Assembly (NCBI GenBank): GCA_048128005.1
Contig: JBEUKZ010000113.1
Span: forward strand, 62,001-126,000
DNA: 64,000 nucleotides
Direction of reading: 5' to 3'
DNA from: Veleropilina oligotropha
Lineage: Eukaryota
Each line of letters opens with the position of its first letter. Positions within the stretch are counted from its first letter, which is position 1. The notes beneath the pieces are model-generated. The model searched no databases. It saw nothing but the letters and a program-made list of their open reading frames with translations, and was not told the origin of the DNA. The position numbers and the translations under genes are program-made. Of the stretch, positions 28,044 through 38,144 are shown in pieces.

Positions 28044-31000
28044 ATGTCGACTATGGATGACTATATAGACCAACTGCTCGCAGACATGCAGGCATCTGAA
28101 ACTCTCCGGGACGTGGTTCAGAATATTCTAGACGAACCAATCCCGGAAGACGTGAAGGAGCGCTTGTTGAAGCCTCTGGTCCCATCCAAGGATCCCCAAA
28201 CGGAGAGAAAGCGGAAAGCCATTGTTGAGGAATTTGACCCAATCCCCCTCTCCAAAAAGCCCCGGACAGCCCAGGACTACCAGAATGATCTACTAGGGCT
28301 GTTTACCACAACAGAGGGGCAACGATTCATCGACCTGGATGACCAGGTCCCTCCCCCTGTAAGGCTCCCAGCAAAAGAGCCATGGGTGGAACTCTTGAGC
28401 GACGCCAAAGACGAGTTTGAGGTCGATGGCGCCGCGGCGGCCTTCTCCACATGGAGGATAGAAGTGGCTGGACGGCTGGCCCTGGATGCCCGTATGACAG
28501 ATGCAAGGGCGGCACAGCTCCTCACAGCCCTTCCCAAGGGTGAGTTTCTCCTGAGGATAAAGTTCTTGCGGGAGTGGGGTGAAGGCGACTGGGTGGTCGA
28601 AGACAAGTTTGACCCGGTGAAGGCTGCGAGGAAGAAGGGCCAGGGTGTCGTTGAGATCTCTCAGGACACTAAGCCAGGTGCTATCACTGGGGTCGACAAA
28701 GCCTACTACGAGAACGCCTACCCGGTTACTGCAGTCGTCTACGGCGTCTATCCTCTCAGAGAACCAAACCCCGCCAACCTGGTTCCAATGAAGAACGGCG
28801 ATCTCAACTGCGTTGCCCAGAGAGTGGTTGAGCACTTCGAAGGTGCCCTGCGAGGAAACGGACTCACTCCAATCAGGCGGCAGAAAATACAGGAGTGGGA
28901 GGCGCGAGTTCGTGTAACAGGCGCCACTGTGGATGATGTGGCTGGCCTTGAGAGGATCCTCAAACGGGCGATTATCTTGAGAGACATCGCCGGCGAGGAC
29001 ATCTACAATAGTGGGAAATACCAGTTTGGTGGGTCCACAGGCGGGGTGAGAGGTAAAGTAGAGCTCATATGTCACAACGGCCATGCATGGTCCAAGGAGC
29101 TGCACTTCCCGCAAAGTAGAGAGGTCCACATCTACGAGGGCGATGTCTGGGAAGCTATCCGACAAGCCACACGGAATGAGCCGTTAGCTGTCTGGCTCCT
29201 TGGCGGTAAAGACCGACAGCTCGGCGTGGACCAGTTCGTGCTGCAAGACGGTCGCACGTACAGGACAAAAGAGGCTCACGAGAGACTCCAAGAAGCCTGT
29301 ACAGCGCTGGGGAATGAGTCTCTCGCCGATCGAGCCTTTGGTGAGAACCATGCAGCTAGCATTATGGCCAAAGAGAACAACGGCTGGAGACCTACCCCAG
29401 CGGGCCTGCTCGATGATATCCAGAAGGCCTGCGTAGAGCATGGCCATGGTGGCCTGTGGAATTCCATGAACTACGATACGGGCGATGTCTGCTGCATCGA
29501 CATGAAAGCCTGCTACCCTGCCAGCTTTCTGGGGAAGGGCGAGGCTAAGCCGTACTTCGAAAGATTCGGGCACCCAACCCACAGCATGACCCGGGTCGCA
29601 ATTAACGGTCCTCTACCCCGAGAAATCGGTACCGGGTTTGCCGAGGTCGTGGAATGGGAGTTCGCACAAGACATCCACCCCGTCATTCCCGCCTGGTTCG
29701 GAAAGCACTTTGCAGAAATGAGTTGGGCCCCGACGCCTCTGCTCGCATTCCTCATAGAATCTGGACTGCTAAAAAGCCTCAAGATCCGAGAGGCCATTAT
29801 CGCCTTCAAAAATCAACTCGAGGTCTGGCTTCCTGAGAACCGTGACCAGGGCTGCAGCATTATCGGCAAATTCACTCAAGGCGCCAAAGCTGATGGCAAA
29901 AGATTGACTCGTAGACTGGTGATTGACCAGGGTGAGCTGGACTTCCTCGTAAGAGACACCCGCCAAAGCGGTACCCTGGTCGGCGCGCCTCAAAGGTGCC
30001 CTATGGGGCACATCCTCACGTACTATGATGGCTCCCAGCCTCAGTACGCCCACCTGAGGGCCTCGATGCTGGCATATGCCCACATCAACCTCCTATCAAT
30101 GCTTCAGCGTTTCAGTGCAGCAGAAGCTGTCCGGGTAGCCACTGACAGCATCTACCTCAAGAAGGCCTCGTTGGAGAAGCTCGACGATGTCGCGGTGTAC
30201 GTTGCCCCCAGACTCTGCGACTGTGGTGAGAAATCGTGCATCTCCTGTCTGCTCGGGGAGACGTACCTTCCGCCAGTAGCACCGGCCCAGTGGCGTGACA
30301 AGGGCGAACAGCTGTACCTGCCACAGGAACATGCCGCATACCTGCCCAAGCCAGAGTATTGTTGTGCCGCCAATTCCAGCCAGCCAAGCACCGCGCCTTG
30401 CTACAATGACACGCTGACCCACCATCGCCTGAGTTACCTCAATGGTGGAGGGGGCTGTGGCAAGACTACGAGAGCTATGGAGCTCTTCCGGGCAAGGAAT
30501 CCCATTGTATTCACGCCAACCCACCGCCTCGCTAAAGAGATGCGAACCAGAGGCGTCAAAGCCCAGACCTACCACAGTTTCTTCCGATGGAGCGGCCAGA
30601 CTGACTGGACACCTGATCGCATGGGTCAGAAGTTCATCCCCCGCGTCATTATCTGGGACGAGGTCTGTACTGTTCCCCGGCCTATCCTCGAGATGTTCTT
30701 GGACTGGCTGGGCCACCACGAAGTTCAGGTTATCTGCTGTGGCGATCAGGGCCAGCCACCACCGATTACGGGGGAGATGCCGCACGATTGGCTGCGACAG
30801 ACCGCGGACTACTATGAGGAGATCGAAGTAGATTACAGGGCGAAAGACGACCCTGCCCTCCAAGCCCTGAAAAGACGTATACGTCTCCAGCCCGACAAAA
30901 TCCAGTGCGGGGAAATGCGTAAGAGTCTCCCCAGCTGCCTTGGATGGGATCGGTTTGTCAACACCTGGAGGCCAGGCGACCTAATCCTCACCAGCCGTCA

Positions 31001-31720
31001 GAAGGTCCGCGAACGGGCTCAACAGCTGTTGCTCCAGAGGCACAAGGAGCACTTCCCAGACTCCCAGGTTCCTATCCTTTATCACCCCAGGGACACCCGT
31101 AAGCAAAATATCATGGTAACCATTCCGGGCCCGATGAAAGAGAGGAGCTAGTTCTCAACGACGTCGTTGAGGTCACGATTGAGGCCGCTGAGCGGGCTAT
31201 CCTGACCCCGGATTGGCGCCTGGGCTATGCTCTCACCATCCATTCGAGCCAGGGTCTTACCATTCACGACCCACAGAAAGTCTGGATCATCGACGACTAC
31301 CTTCAGTGGAGTAATCTCGCCTACCTAGCCGTGTCCCGGGTGGAGTATCTGCATCAGCTCGAGCGGGTAACCTGTCCTCCAGATGAGGGTTCTGAGGACA
31401 GGCCGCCCCAAGCGCAGCAGAGCAAGCAGCAGCTCCGAAAAACCATCCAGAGGAAGCTCGTGGCATACATGCGCCAGGACCAGGCAAAGGGACTCCCGGG
31501 GTTTAACCTCAAGGTCGACGACATCCTGCGGCTCAGAGAGGCCCAAAACAACCGATGCGCAGCATGTAACATAGAGCTGCTCTGGGCCTACCAGCCCAAA
31601 GACACACAGCAGTTCAGTGTCGACCGTGTGGACAACCGCAGGGGCCACATCCGCGACAACGTGCGCTTAACGTTCCTTGAATGTAACCGAAAAAGAGGAT
31701 TTGCAGTTGTTAATGCCTGA
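28044..31720 (+). CDS. PolB-like domain + superfamily 1 (RecD/Pif1-like) helicase + HNH-type nuclease fusion, ~1225 aa, one -1 frameshift near 31130
   Basis: PolB-like motifs IDMKACYP, SIIGKF and ATDSIY. Helicase motifs GGGGCGKT, FTPTH, TYHSFF, IIWDE and CGDQGQPPP. After the shift come LGYALTIHSSQGLT, LAYLAVSR, then CAAC...SVDRVDNRRGHIRDNVRLTFLECN. Confidence 0.85.
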
Positions 31721-32708
31721 GAACCGGCGGCAGTTGGGTGTCACGAGGCACCACGAGAAGTTCCTCACGAACGAACCCACGCGGTGGTCCATCAAGCAAG
31801 TAGTAGAGCACAGGCTCGTCAGGTTTAGTGACAGAGCGTCCAAGCCTGTGCACTTTTAGAGACCACACCGGGTCAGTCGCTCGCCGGCGACCACCCTCCA
31901 ACTCACCGGGTTGGTATAGGTATCGAACATCTACGTCAGAGGGGAGTTTCTGTTCCTTCCCCTGTCGGCCTGGAACAGTGGAAGAAGGATTTTGTGCAAT
32001 GCGAGGTGCCTTGATGGCGTCCTTGGGCTTTTTACCGGTCAGCCTGGTCACTTCCCCATTCAACGCCGCAACAACGGCGGGCAGCCTGGCGACCCACTCA
32101 GTTGACCTTTGACCCTCTTTCGCAGACCCTGTAAAACTCATCTCTGTTGCATACTGGTGCCCGAAGAGCCGCTCAGCGAGCGTCCGGTTGAAGCGCTCCA
32201 CGATCCCTTGATCGCGATGGAGATCCACACGGCCACGCCTAACCTCGACATTATTCTTTGCCAGCAGCTGGGAGACCGTCCCCATGAACTCTCGCCCTGG
32301 ATCAACCTGAAGCAATTTCGGCCAGCTAAGAGGACTCCGCCTGTAGATTCGAGACAGAGCTTCAGCAACCCCTTTGGCCTCTTTTGTGGCCAGAGGCTCA
32401 GCTTCTTTAAAGCGACTGGCCACATCAACCACAGTCAAAGCGTACTTATAGGTCTTGTGTCTGACCTTGTCATGGGGGAGAAACAGGAGGTCGGCTTGGT
32501 GAACCTCGTTTGGCGTTACGACGTCGAATTTTGGTCTTGGAATCCGCCGTGGCGCAGGTAAATAGATCTGCCATATAGCCTGCCTCTTAAGCCATGTCCG
32601 GGCCTCCATTTCAGACGCCTTGGCAGCCTCCGCTAGTTTCTTGATGGCTGCAATGCCTTTCCAGTAGCCCTTAGGGCTGTAGTACATCGTCGCAAGCTTA
32701 CTATCCAT
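31710..32708 (-). CDS. Retroviral-like (rve) DDE integrase, 332 aa
   Basis: HQADLLFL, LTVVDVASRF, LQVDPGREF and GIVERFNRTL; the DDE triad is intact. Confidence 0.95.
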   Translation of the reverse strand: MDSKLATMYYSPKGYWKGIAAIKKLAEAAKASEMEARTWLKRQAIWQIYLPAPRRIPRPKFDVVTPNEVHQADLLFLPHDKVRHKTYKYALTVVDVASRFKEAEPLATKEAKGVAEALSRIYRRSPLSWPKLLQVDPGREFMGTVSQLLAKNNVEVRRGRVDLHRDQGIVERFNRTLAERLFGHQYATEMSFTGSAKEGQRSTEWVARLPAVVAALNGEVTRLTGKKPKDAIKAPRIAQNPSSTVPGRQGKEQKLPSDVDVRYLYQPGELEGGRRRATDPVWSLKVHRLGRSVTKPDEPVLYYLLDGPPRGFVREELLVVPRDTQLPPVLRH

Positions 32709-32937
32709 CAGCAATGTATTCCAGTAAACTGATCAGTCTCCAACAGGCTTCAGCTTCCGGAGCCGGTCGCTGCGCAGTGGTCGCCTGTAGGTTGGTCGGG
32801 CCCGAGAGCACCAGGACCGCGAACCGCACCATAGTCTTTTCGTCGCGGCGCCAGCAGTCGAGTAACGTAGTACTATAGCCGACCGCAAGCATAGCGCAGT
32901 ACAGCTCTTCTGGGAGCCCCATTATTATACCTGGCAC
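32701..32937 (-). CDS. Small hypothetical protein
   Basis: Fills the gap in a co-oriented gene run and its stop overlaps the integrase start; no motif recognised. Confidence 0.35.
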   Translation of the reverse strand: MPGIIMGLPEELYCAMLAVGYSTTLLDCWRRDEKTMVRFAVLVLSGPTNLQATTAQRPAPEAEACWRLISLLEYIADG

Positions 32938-32963
32938 ACGAAAAAAATGTCCACTGGAAATAC

Positions 32964-33395
32964 TTAGGCGAGCTTGTAGGCGACCAACCCGGTCGCAGCC
33001 ATCCCCAGGATGATGAAGGTGATCTCACGTCCCTTCTGGCCATCGCTCGGTGTGTAGTAGTCAGACAGCTGGGGCTCAGGGCCACCTCCTATAGCGGTGG
33101 GGTCAAGGTTCTTGCCGGTGATCAATGCATACTCACGGATCGCGGCGTCAACATCTCGGAATGTCCCAACAGCGTGACCCTGGCGGCGAAGTTCAACGTT
33201 CAGCCAGTCGAGACGCTCTGCCCTCTTTTGGGACCATTTAGTCTGAGCAGCGTTGAGCTGTTCTACAGCAATGTCGTGGCGTTTACGCTCCGCATCGACA
33301 CCGGAGCTGCGTAGCTTCGAGAAGAGGAAGTTGGAGCCGCTGAAGGCGAGGGCGTTGACGAGAGCGCCCCCAACCAGCATCGCAATGGAAGCCAT
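32964..33395 (-). CDS. Hypothetical membrane protein (N- and C-terminal hydrophobic helices, central coiled coil)
   Basis: MASIAMLVGGALVNALAFSG... and ITFIILGMAATGLVAYKLA. Confidence 0.75.
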   Translation of the reverse strand: MASIAMLVGGALVNALAFSGSNFLFSKLRSSGVDAERKRHDIAVEQLNAAQTKWSQKRAERLDWLNVELRRQGHAVGTFRDVDAAIREYALITGKNLDPTAIGGGPEPQLSDYYTPSDGQKGREITFIILGMAATGLVAYKLA

Positions 33396-33426
33396 TGAAA
33401 TGCTGCGATTATCTAGCAAGGTCCCA

Positions 33427-33666
33427 CTACTTCAATATATCGGCCGGAATGATGCCTTGCTTGATCAGCATGTCTTTCGTCGCCATGGCGAGCGCTACGT
33501 CGAGGACGACCATCCCGACATCGTAGCCCGTGAAGTCCAGTTTGGGGCTCGCTCCCTTGAATACCATCTTTGTCAGGCGTGCGTAGCCTATGGCGAGGCC
33601 TGACACTATAGCGGCGTGGTATACAGCGTTGCCGAGCATCTTTCCATCAGTGATTGGGGTAGTCAT
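33427..33666 (-). CDS. Small hydrophobic protein, 79 aa
   Basis: ATG ORF in the co-oriented run with two hydrophobic segments. Confidence 0.7.
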   Translation of the reverse strand: MTTPITDGKMLGNAVYHAAIVSGLAIGYARLTKMVFKGASPKLDFTGYDVGMVVLDVALAMATKDMLIKQGIIPADILK

Positions 33667-33691
33667 AACTGTTGATTAGTACCGTTTGCGA

Positions 33692-34183
33692 CTATTGCAT
33701 ATGAAAAGGGTTCTGCTTCTTCAATTCGATAGTGGGGGCGGCCCGAGGCTGCCTAGCGTCCGCGTCTGGTGGCTGTTGATGTGGTGTGGATGGACCAGGG
33801 TTGCTGCGTTCTGAGGACGTCTTCCAGACAACAAATACCAACGCAACCGTACCGGCAGCGACGGCTACCTGGGTCCAATTAAATAGGTCCGATTTCCGTG
33901 TATCTGGCGCACGCGGTCTTTCTGCGGCTGGAACCGCCTCCCCGGGCTGTTCTGATGGAACGACAACACTTGTTGGGGCACTCAGGTCTTCTTTCATTTT
34001 TCGAACCGCGGCCAGTAGCTTCTCCTGCTTGGCTTTTCGAGCAGCAGCGCCGGCCCGACCTGCAGCCACTTTTTTCGGGTCCTTTTTACTCACTGATGAG
34101 TCCGTCGAAGAAGTCACCCTCTCTATCGGCTGGCTCTCGATCGGCTGGCTCTCGATCACTTGGTCCACTTCCGGCGTTGTCAT
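33692..34183 (-). CDS. Basic Ala/Lys-rich protein with one TM helix
   Basis: KKDPKKVAAGRAGAAARKAK and VAVAAGTVALVFVVW. Confidence 0.7.
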   Translation of the reverse strand: MTTPEVDQVIESQPIESQPIERVTSSTDSSVSKKDPKKVAAGRAGAAARKAKQEKLLAAVRKMKEDLSAPTSVVVPSEQPGEAVPAAERPRAPDTRKSDLFNWTQVAVAAGTVALVFVVWKTSSERSNPGPSTPHQQPPDADARQPRAAPTIELKKQNPFHMQ

Positions 34184-34841
34184 CTTGATCTGGTATCTTA
34201 GGCGGGCAAACATGTCCAAATTGGCAGTGCTTAGCTGTGGTCAACGCTGCGGTCAGCGGTGCGAGGTACATGCCATATTTATAATACAGCTCACAGCTTG
34301 CAGTGGTCAGGGCATGTGAGATGAACGGGTCGGCCTCCAGGTCGGCGATCAGTCGTAGCTGGTTTGCTGGTGGAATGGGCAGGAACATCCCAGCTGCCCC
34401 CGCATAGAGATGAATAGCTGAAGTCCCCAGAGTCTTCGTCACATCGGCACCGAGTTTCGCTTCATACCTCGCGTGGTGCTTTTCGACCTCGTCGTCAGAC
34501 ATGTCGTCGATCCGGTCCACCGTGAGCTTTTGCCCTAAGTATCTGTGGGCCCCTCCAACGGCTAACGCGGCAAGCCTCTCCCGTTTTTTTGCCGTGCCTT
34601 CGGAACCTGCGACTCCACTGTTACTGACAGGTTCCTTGCCATCGGTCGTCGAGCGACAGCTGTTGATGGTCGTTTCTTGTTCGTCATCCATGAGTTGATC
34701 GATGAGGCTGTCCATCCTGAAGCGTTTCCAGCATCGCCTCACCGGTCTAATATAACTGTAAATCCAATACCACAATGTAGCGAGTAGGAGCAAGATCAGG
34801 CTCTGGCTGAAAGCAAAAGCTAGATATACAGCGTCCGACAT
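34086..34841 (-). CDS. Hypothetical protein (N-terminal TM if the first ATG is used; alternative start 34715)
   Basis: Long ORF in the gene run with an N-terminal hydrophobic stretch LILLLLATLWYWIY. Confidence 0.7.
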   Translation of the reverse strand: MSDAVYLAFAFSQSLILLLLATLWYWIYSYIRPVRRCWKRFRMDSLIDQLMDDEQETTINSCRSTTDGKEPVSNSGVAGSEGTAKKRERLAALAVGGAHRYLGQKLTVDRIDDMSDDEVEKHHARYEAKLGADVTKTLGTSAIHLYAGAAGMFLPIPPANQLRLIADLEADPFISHALTTASCELYYKYGMYLAPLTAALTTAKHCQFGHVCPPKIPDQDDNAGSGPSDREPADREPADREGDFFDGLISE

Positions 34842-34882
34842 GCGAGAGCTTGCTGGGCAGCTACTTAGCATCTGCTGGGTAG

Positions 34883-35515
34883 CTATAGCACACTATAAGC
34901 AACGGGCTGATCAGTTTTCAACAGAAGCTTAGCGTGTCGTGTCTCGGCCAACAGCCGGCGAATCTCGGTCCGTTCATCCTGCGACGGGATTACATCGTTC
35001 TCGTGCAGACAGTCCTCGAAACTGTCGCGGTCCTTGCAATGGAACAGCGCGACCCAGCGGGTCTGCTCTCTGAGCTCCTTCAAGACCGAGTTGTACTTTT
35101 GCGTCACTACCCATACGCTCTGTTCGGCATGCCTGCCGCTGAAGGCCAACAAAGTCAGCATGTCCCGTTTCTTTGCCATAGCCTTGCTCGCGGCGCAGTC
35201 GTCGATTATGTACAGAGTCGACTCCCCCTGAAACAGCCGGTAGAACCCCCGCAGCCAGTCATGGAGTCGCTCACCCGGGGGGACTAAATACACCTCAGGG
35301 TCGGTCCAGATCCACGGACAAGACTGGTATGCTTTGTTGTACTTGATCGTGGGGCAGAGGACCACGATGTGCCGGAAGACGCCTCGATACTCCCCTTCCA
35401 GCAGTTCAAGCATGAAAACCGTCTTCCCACAACCGGTCTGGCCGCAGATGATTGCGGAGTGGGGGTCCTTGGTGTGCGGAAATCGTTTAGTACAGTGCTT
35501 CGACGAATCGGCCAT
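34883..35515 (-). CDS. A32-like (FtsK/HerA superfamily) genome-packaging ATPase
   Basis: Walker A GQTGCGKT, Walker B YIIDD, GRH arginine finger and VVTQ motif. Confidence 0.92.
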   Translation of the reverse strand: MADSSKHCTKRFPHTKDPHSAIICGQTGCGKTVFMLELLEGEYRGVFRHIVVLCPTIKYNKAYQSCPWIWTDPEVYLVPPGERLHDWLRGFYRLFQGESTLYIIDDCAASKAMAKKRDMLTLLAFSGRHAEQSVWVVTQKYNSVLKELREQTRWVALFHCKDRDSFEDCLHENDVIPSQDERTEIRRLLAETRHAKLLLKTDQPVAYSVL

Positions 35516-36788
35516 TCTCGATATTCAGCTGTGCGTCCATGATCACGAACTCGTAGACGTTCAGTGGACCGGCCGCTTCGGCTGTTTTAGTGATCTGAAT
35601 AGTAATGCCTTCGCTGGCGTTCTCGACCCTCCGGCCTGACCCGTGCAACTGATCGTCGTCAGTTACCCGCATATCGATCCAGAGCGCAAATTTCTTAGTC
35701 AGAAATTCGCCCAGGGTGACGTCTGCCATCTCCAAGTCCTTTGCGACCATCGCGACCTCAGGATGCCGCTTGCTGCTGCCGGAGGCGAACATTTTCTTGG
35801 CTTCTTCCCAGATCTGGTATGTTCGCATGCCCTGGCTGTAGATTTGATTCGGGACACCCTCGATTGTGACCTCGACCTTTGTGATCTTCGGATTATAGAA
35901 GGCCTCAGTATCGCGAGAGAATGGCGCGGCGTCTCTCGCAGGGTCCTCGAACAACAGTAGTATTCCTTTCATCGACCTCGCCGGTACGTTCACATTCATA
36001 TTCCACAACGAGTCGCTCTTGTCTAGGGTGAGCTTCCGATGCCGGAGAACACGGTCGTACAGGATTACGAGTTGACCCTGGTATTGATTTCGAATCCGTC
36101 TGGCAAGCTCGGATTGGGTTACCATGTCATATTCGAGGGATATATTGTCGATGGAATAGCTGGAACCGGAGTCGTCCGTATCCCGGATAGTCCGGGAGTA
36201 GTCGTTGAACGTTAGCTCATACTCGAGACGGTCTCCAAGGGCGCTTTGATAGAATGGCATGTGACTTTCCAACAGCTCGAAATCCAGCGGGATGCGGAAT
36301 CGGTTACCGTACGCGGCCGCGACCGCGACATCCTCAGACAGTCTGAAGGGGTCTACCGCACCAACACGATGCTTCGTAGTGTTGTGTCCATCGCTGGTAT
36401 CAATCCCCTGGTACTGGGCGTTCTTGCGCTCCCCGGTGGTCTTCCAGAGATCGCGGTAGCAGTGGTACACGTCGGAGTCGTCAATCGACATGATCTCATT
36501 TCCACTTATCTTTATCGTGGTCTTTCTGATCACGGCACGGCCGATATTTTGCACTACAGTCCTATTCGCATTTACCGAGGTCAGAGAGATGGTAAATGCA
36601 AGGTGGGCAGTCCCTGGAACGATCACGTCATTCGCCCCGAGATTAGGGAACCGAACCAGGAGCTGCTGGTTGGCGGAAATCGTTGATGGATTGTTTGTAA
36701 TCGTGACCGACTGGCGGATGCCCTTGACCGCGAGGGGCTCACGCAGTCTGCGGTATGGATTAAGCTTGCGTCCGTATACGCTGGTCAT
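35487..36788 (-). CDS. Probable double-jelly-roll major capsid protein, 433 aa
   Basis: Size, beta-strand-rich alternation (LLVRFP, IRKTTIKISGNEI, FRIPL, ITKVEVTIEGVP) and position next to the packaging ATPase. The fold is inferred. Confidence 0.8.
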   Translation of the reverse strand: MTSVYGRKLNPYRRLREPLAVKGIRQSVTITNNPSTISANQQLLVRFPNLGANDVIVPGTAHLAFTISLTSVNANRTVVQNIGRAVIRKTTIKISGNEIMSIDDSDVYHCYRDLWKTTGERKNAQYQGIDTSDGHNTTKHRVGAVDPFRLSEDVAVAAAYGNRFRIPLDFELLESHMPFYQSALGDRLEYELTFNDYSRTIRDTDDSGSSYSIDNISLEYDMVTQSELARRIRNQYQGQLVILYDRVLRHRKLTLDKSDSLWNMNVNVPARSMKGILLLFEDPARDAAPFSRDTEAFYNPKITKVEVTIEGVPNQIYSQGMRTYQIWEEAKKMFASGSSKRHPEVAMVAKDLEMADVTLGEFLTKKFALWIDMRVTDDDQLHGSGRRVENASEGITIQITKTAEAAGPLNVYEFVIMDAQLNIENGRFVEALY

Positions 36789-36824
36789 GGCGGAATTAGA
36801 TGCGTATCCCACTGATGTATTCAA

Positions 36825-38144
36825 ATGGCGGAATTCGAGAACCCCGCATTCGAGCCTGACGACCTCATCGACAACGATGATACCATCGTCGACGATATTG
36901 ATGTGGATAGATCCACCGACCGGTTTATGCCAGGGCTTCTTTCGGAACGGCCACAGGAAGGAACCAGCAGTCTGCGGCAAGAGCTCGTTCAGGGCGTGGT
37001 TGACGACTACTACAAAGCCCTGGCACAGGAGGGGCAGACCCCAGCCGCAGGGCGACATTATTCAAAATTCAAGTACGTGGCGGGAAAATTAGGGAGGGGG
37101 GGAAAATTGGTGATGACGGACTACCCCGACATCAATCTCGTAAATTCTCGCACCGGCAACCCCTTGGCGTTATCAACAATAGCTGGCCGGCCTGGTGGGG
37201 GTGATGCCATCCGAGATCTGGGTTTTGTAAACTGGAAGCGGGTAGGGGGACGACAAAAGCCGTCCTCAAAAGCGGTTGCAGCTCTTCAGACAGCCGACAA
37301 CGAGTTGAGCGGTGCGGCCGCTAATGTCGAAAACGTAGAACTGCGGGACTTGGGGCAGACTGCTACTGATGCCTCGGTAGCAATCCACACGATGGAGACG
37401 AAATTCACTGATACCGAGGTTGAAGAGATCTTAGGCACAATGGGGGACCCTCCATTAAATCTTCGCGAGCTTCGCGGACTTGACAAGGCGATGCAGACCA
37501 TCCGAGGCGAACTAACCAACAATCTAGCCAAACTAACGGCGCTGGACGAACACATAGAGCTGGAGAAGATGAAGCTCGATCAGGCAGATGAAGAGGGCGG
37601 TGTGGATGAGTTCATCCGTCGACGGATCGCGGAACGTCTGCGCGACCTGAATGATGAAAGAGCAGCTCGCCTAGAGGCAGCCTCATCAAGCCGGGACGCC
37701 CTTCGCTCTCAAATCAGCCGGATCCGAGAGATGATAAGTCGGATCCTGAACACCGACACAACGCTGGCCGAGCGTATCCGGACCCTGTTCCGCGAGCAAG
37801 GGGTCACGATCGCAACAATACTGACCGCTATCGGGCTCGCCATCTCGACTTTGGTACTAGCCCTGACAGGCGGAGCAACAAGCCCGCCAACGCCACCACC
37901 ACCTCCCAGTGGTCAGGGCGGGGTCAAGGAGTGGGTCAAAAAGCAGCTGCAGAACCTGGGAAGGATTCTAGGCAAACTAGCAGGGAAGGCCGCAGCCGCG
38001 CTCCCAGGAATACTTGGAAGCCTGGTCTCCTGGCTAATCAACCTGATTGGCAAGACAGCATCGTGGCTCGCTGAAAACCTATGGGCACTGGTCATATCAG
38101 TTGGGGGCTTGCTTCTTATTGCCGCTAGACAGTGGGTCACGTAA
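36825..38144 (+). CDS. Coiled-coil membrane protein, 439 aa
   Basis: Acidic N-terminus, long heptad region, TM (IATILTAIGLAISTLVLALT), poly-Pro linker, amphipathic helices and a C-terminal TM. Confidence 0.85.
   Translation: MAEFENPAFEPDDLIDNDDTIVDDIDVDRSTDRFMPGLLSERPQEGTSSLRQELVQGVVDDYYKALAQEGQTPAAGRHYSKFKYVAGKLGRGGKLVMTDYPDINLVNSRTGNPLALSTIAGRPGGGDAIRDLGFVNWKRVGGRQKPSSKAVAALQTADNELSGAAANVENVELRDLGQTATDASVAIHTMETKFTDTEVEEILGTMGDPPLNLRELRGLDKAMQTIRGELTNNLAKLTALDEHIELEKMKLDQADEEGGVDEFIRRRIAERLRDLNDERAARLEAASSSRDALRSQISRIREMISRILNTDTTLAERIRTLFREQGVTIATILTAIGLAISTLVLALTGGATSPPTPPPPPSGQGGVKEWVKKQLQNLGRILGKLAGKAAAALPGILGSLVSWLINLIGKTASWLAENLWALVISVGGLLLIAARQWVT

Noticed and set aside
28277..30863. 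Long antisense ORFs (290, 255, 132 aa) opposite the Pol-helicase gene
   Set aside because: Shadow ORFs expected from GC-rich coding DNA; no motifs.
36789..37058. 90-aa N-terminal extension of the capsid ORF in the ORF track
   Set aside because: Overlaps the opposite-strand 439-aa gene; ATG 36788 gives a typical MCP length.
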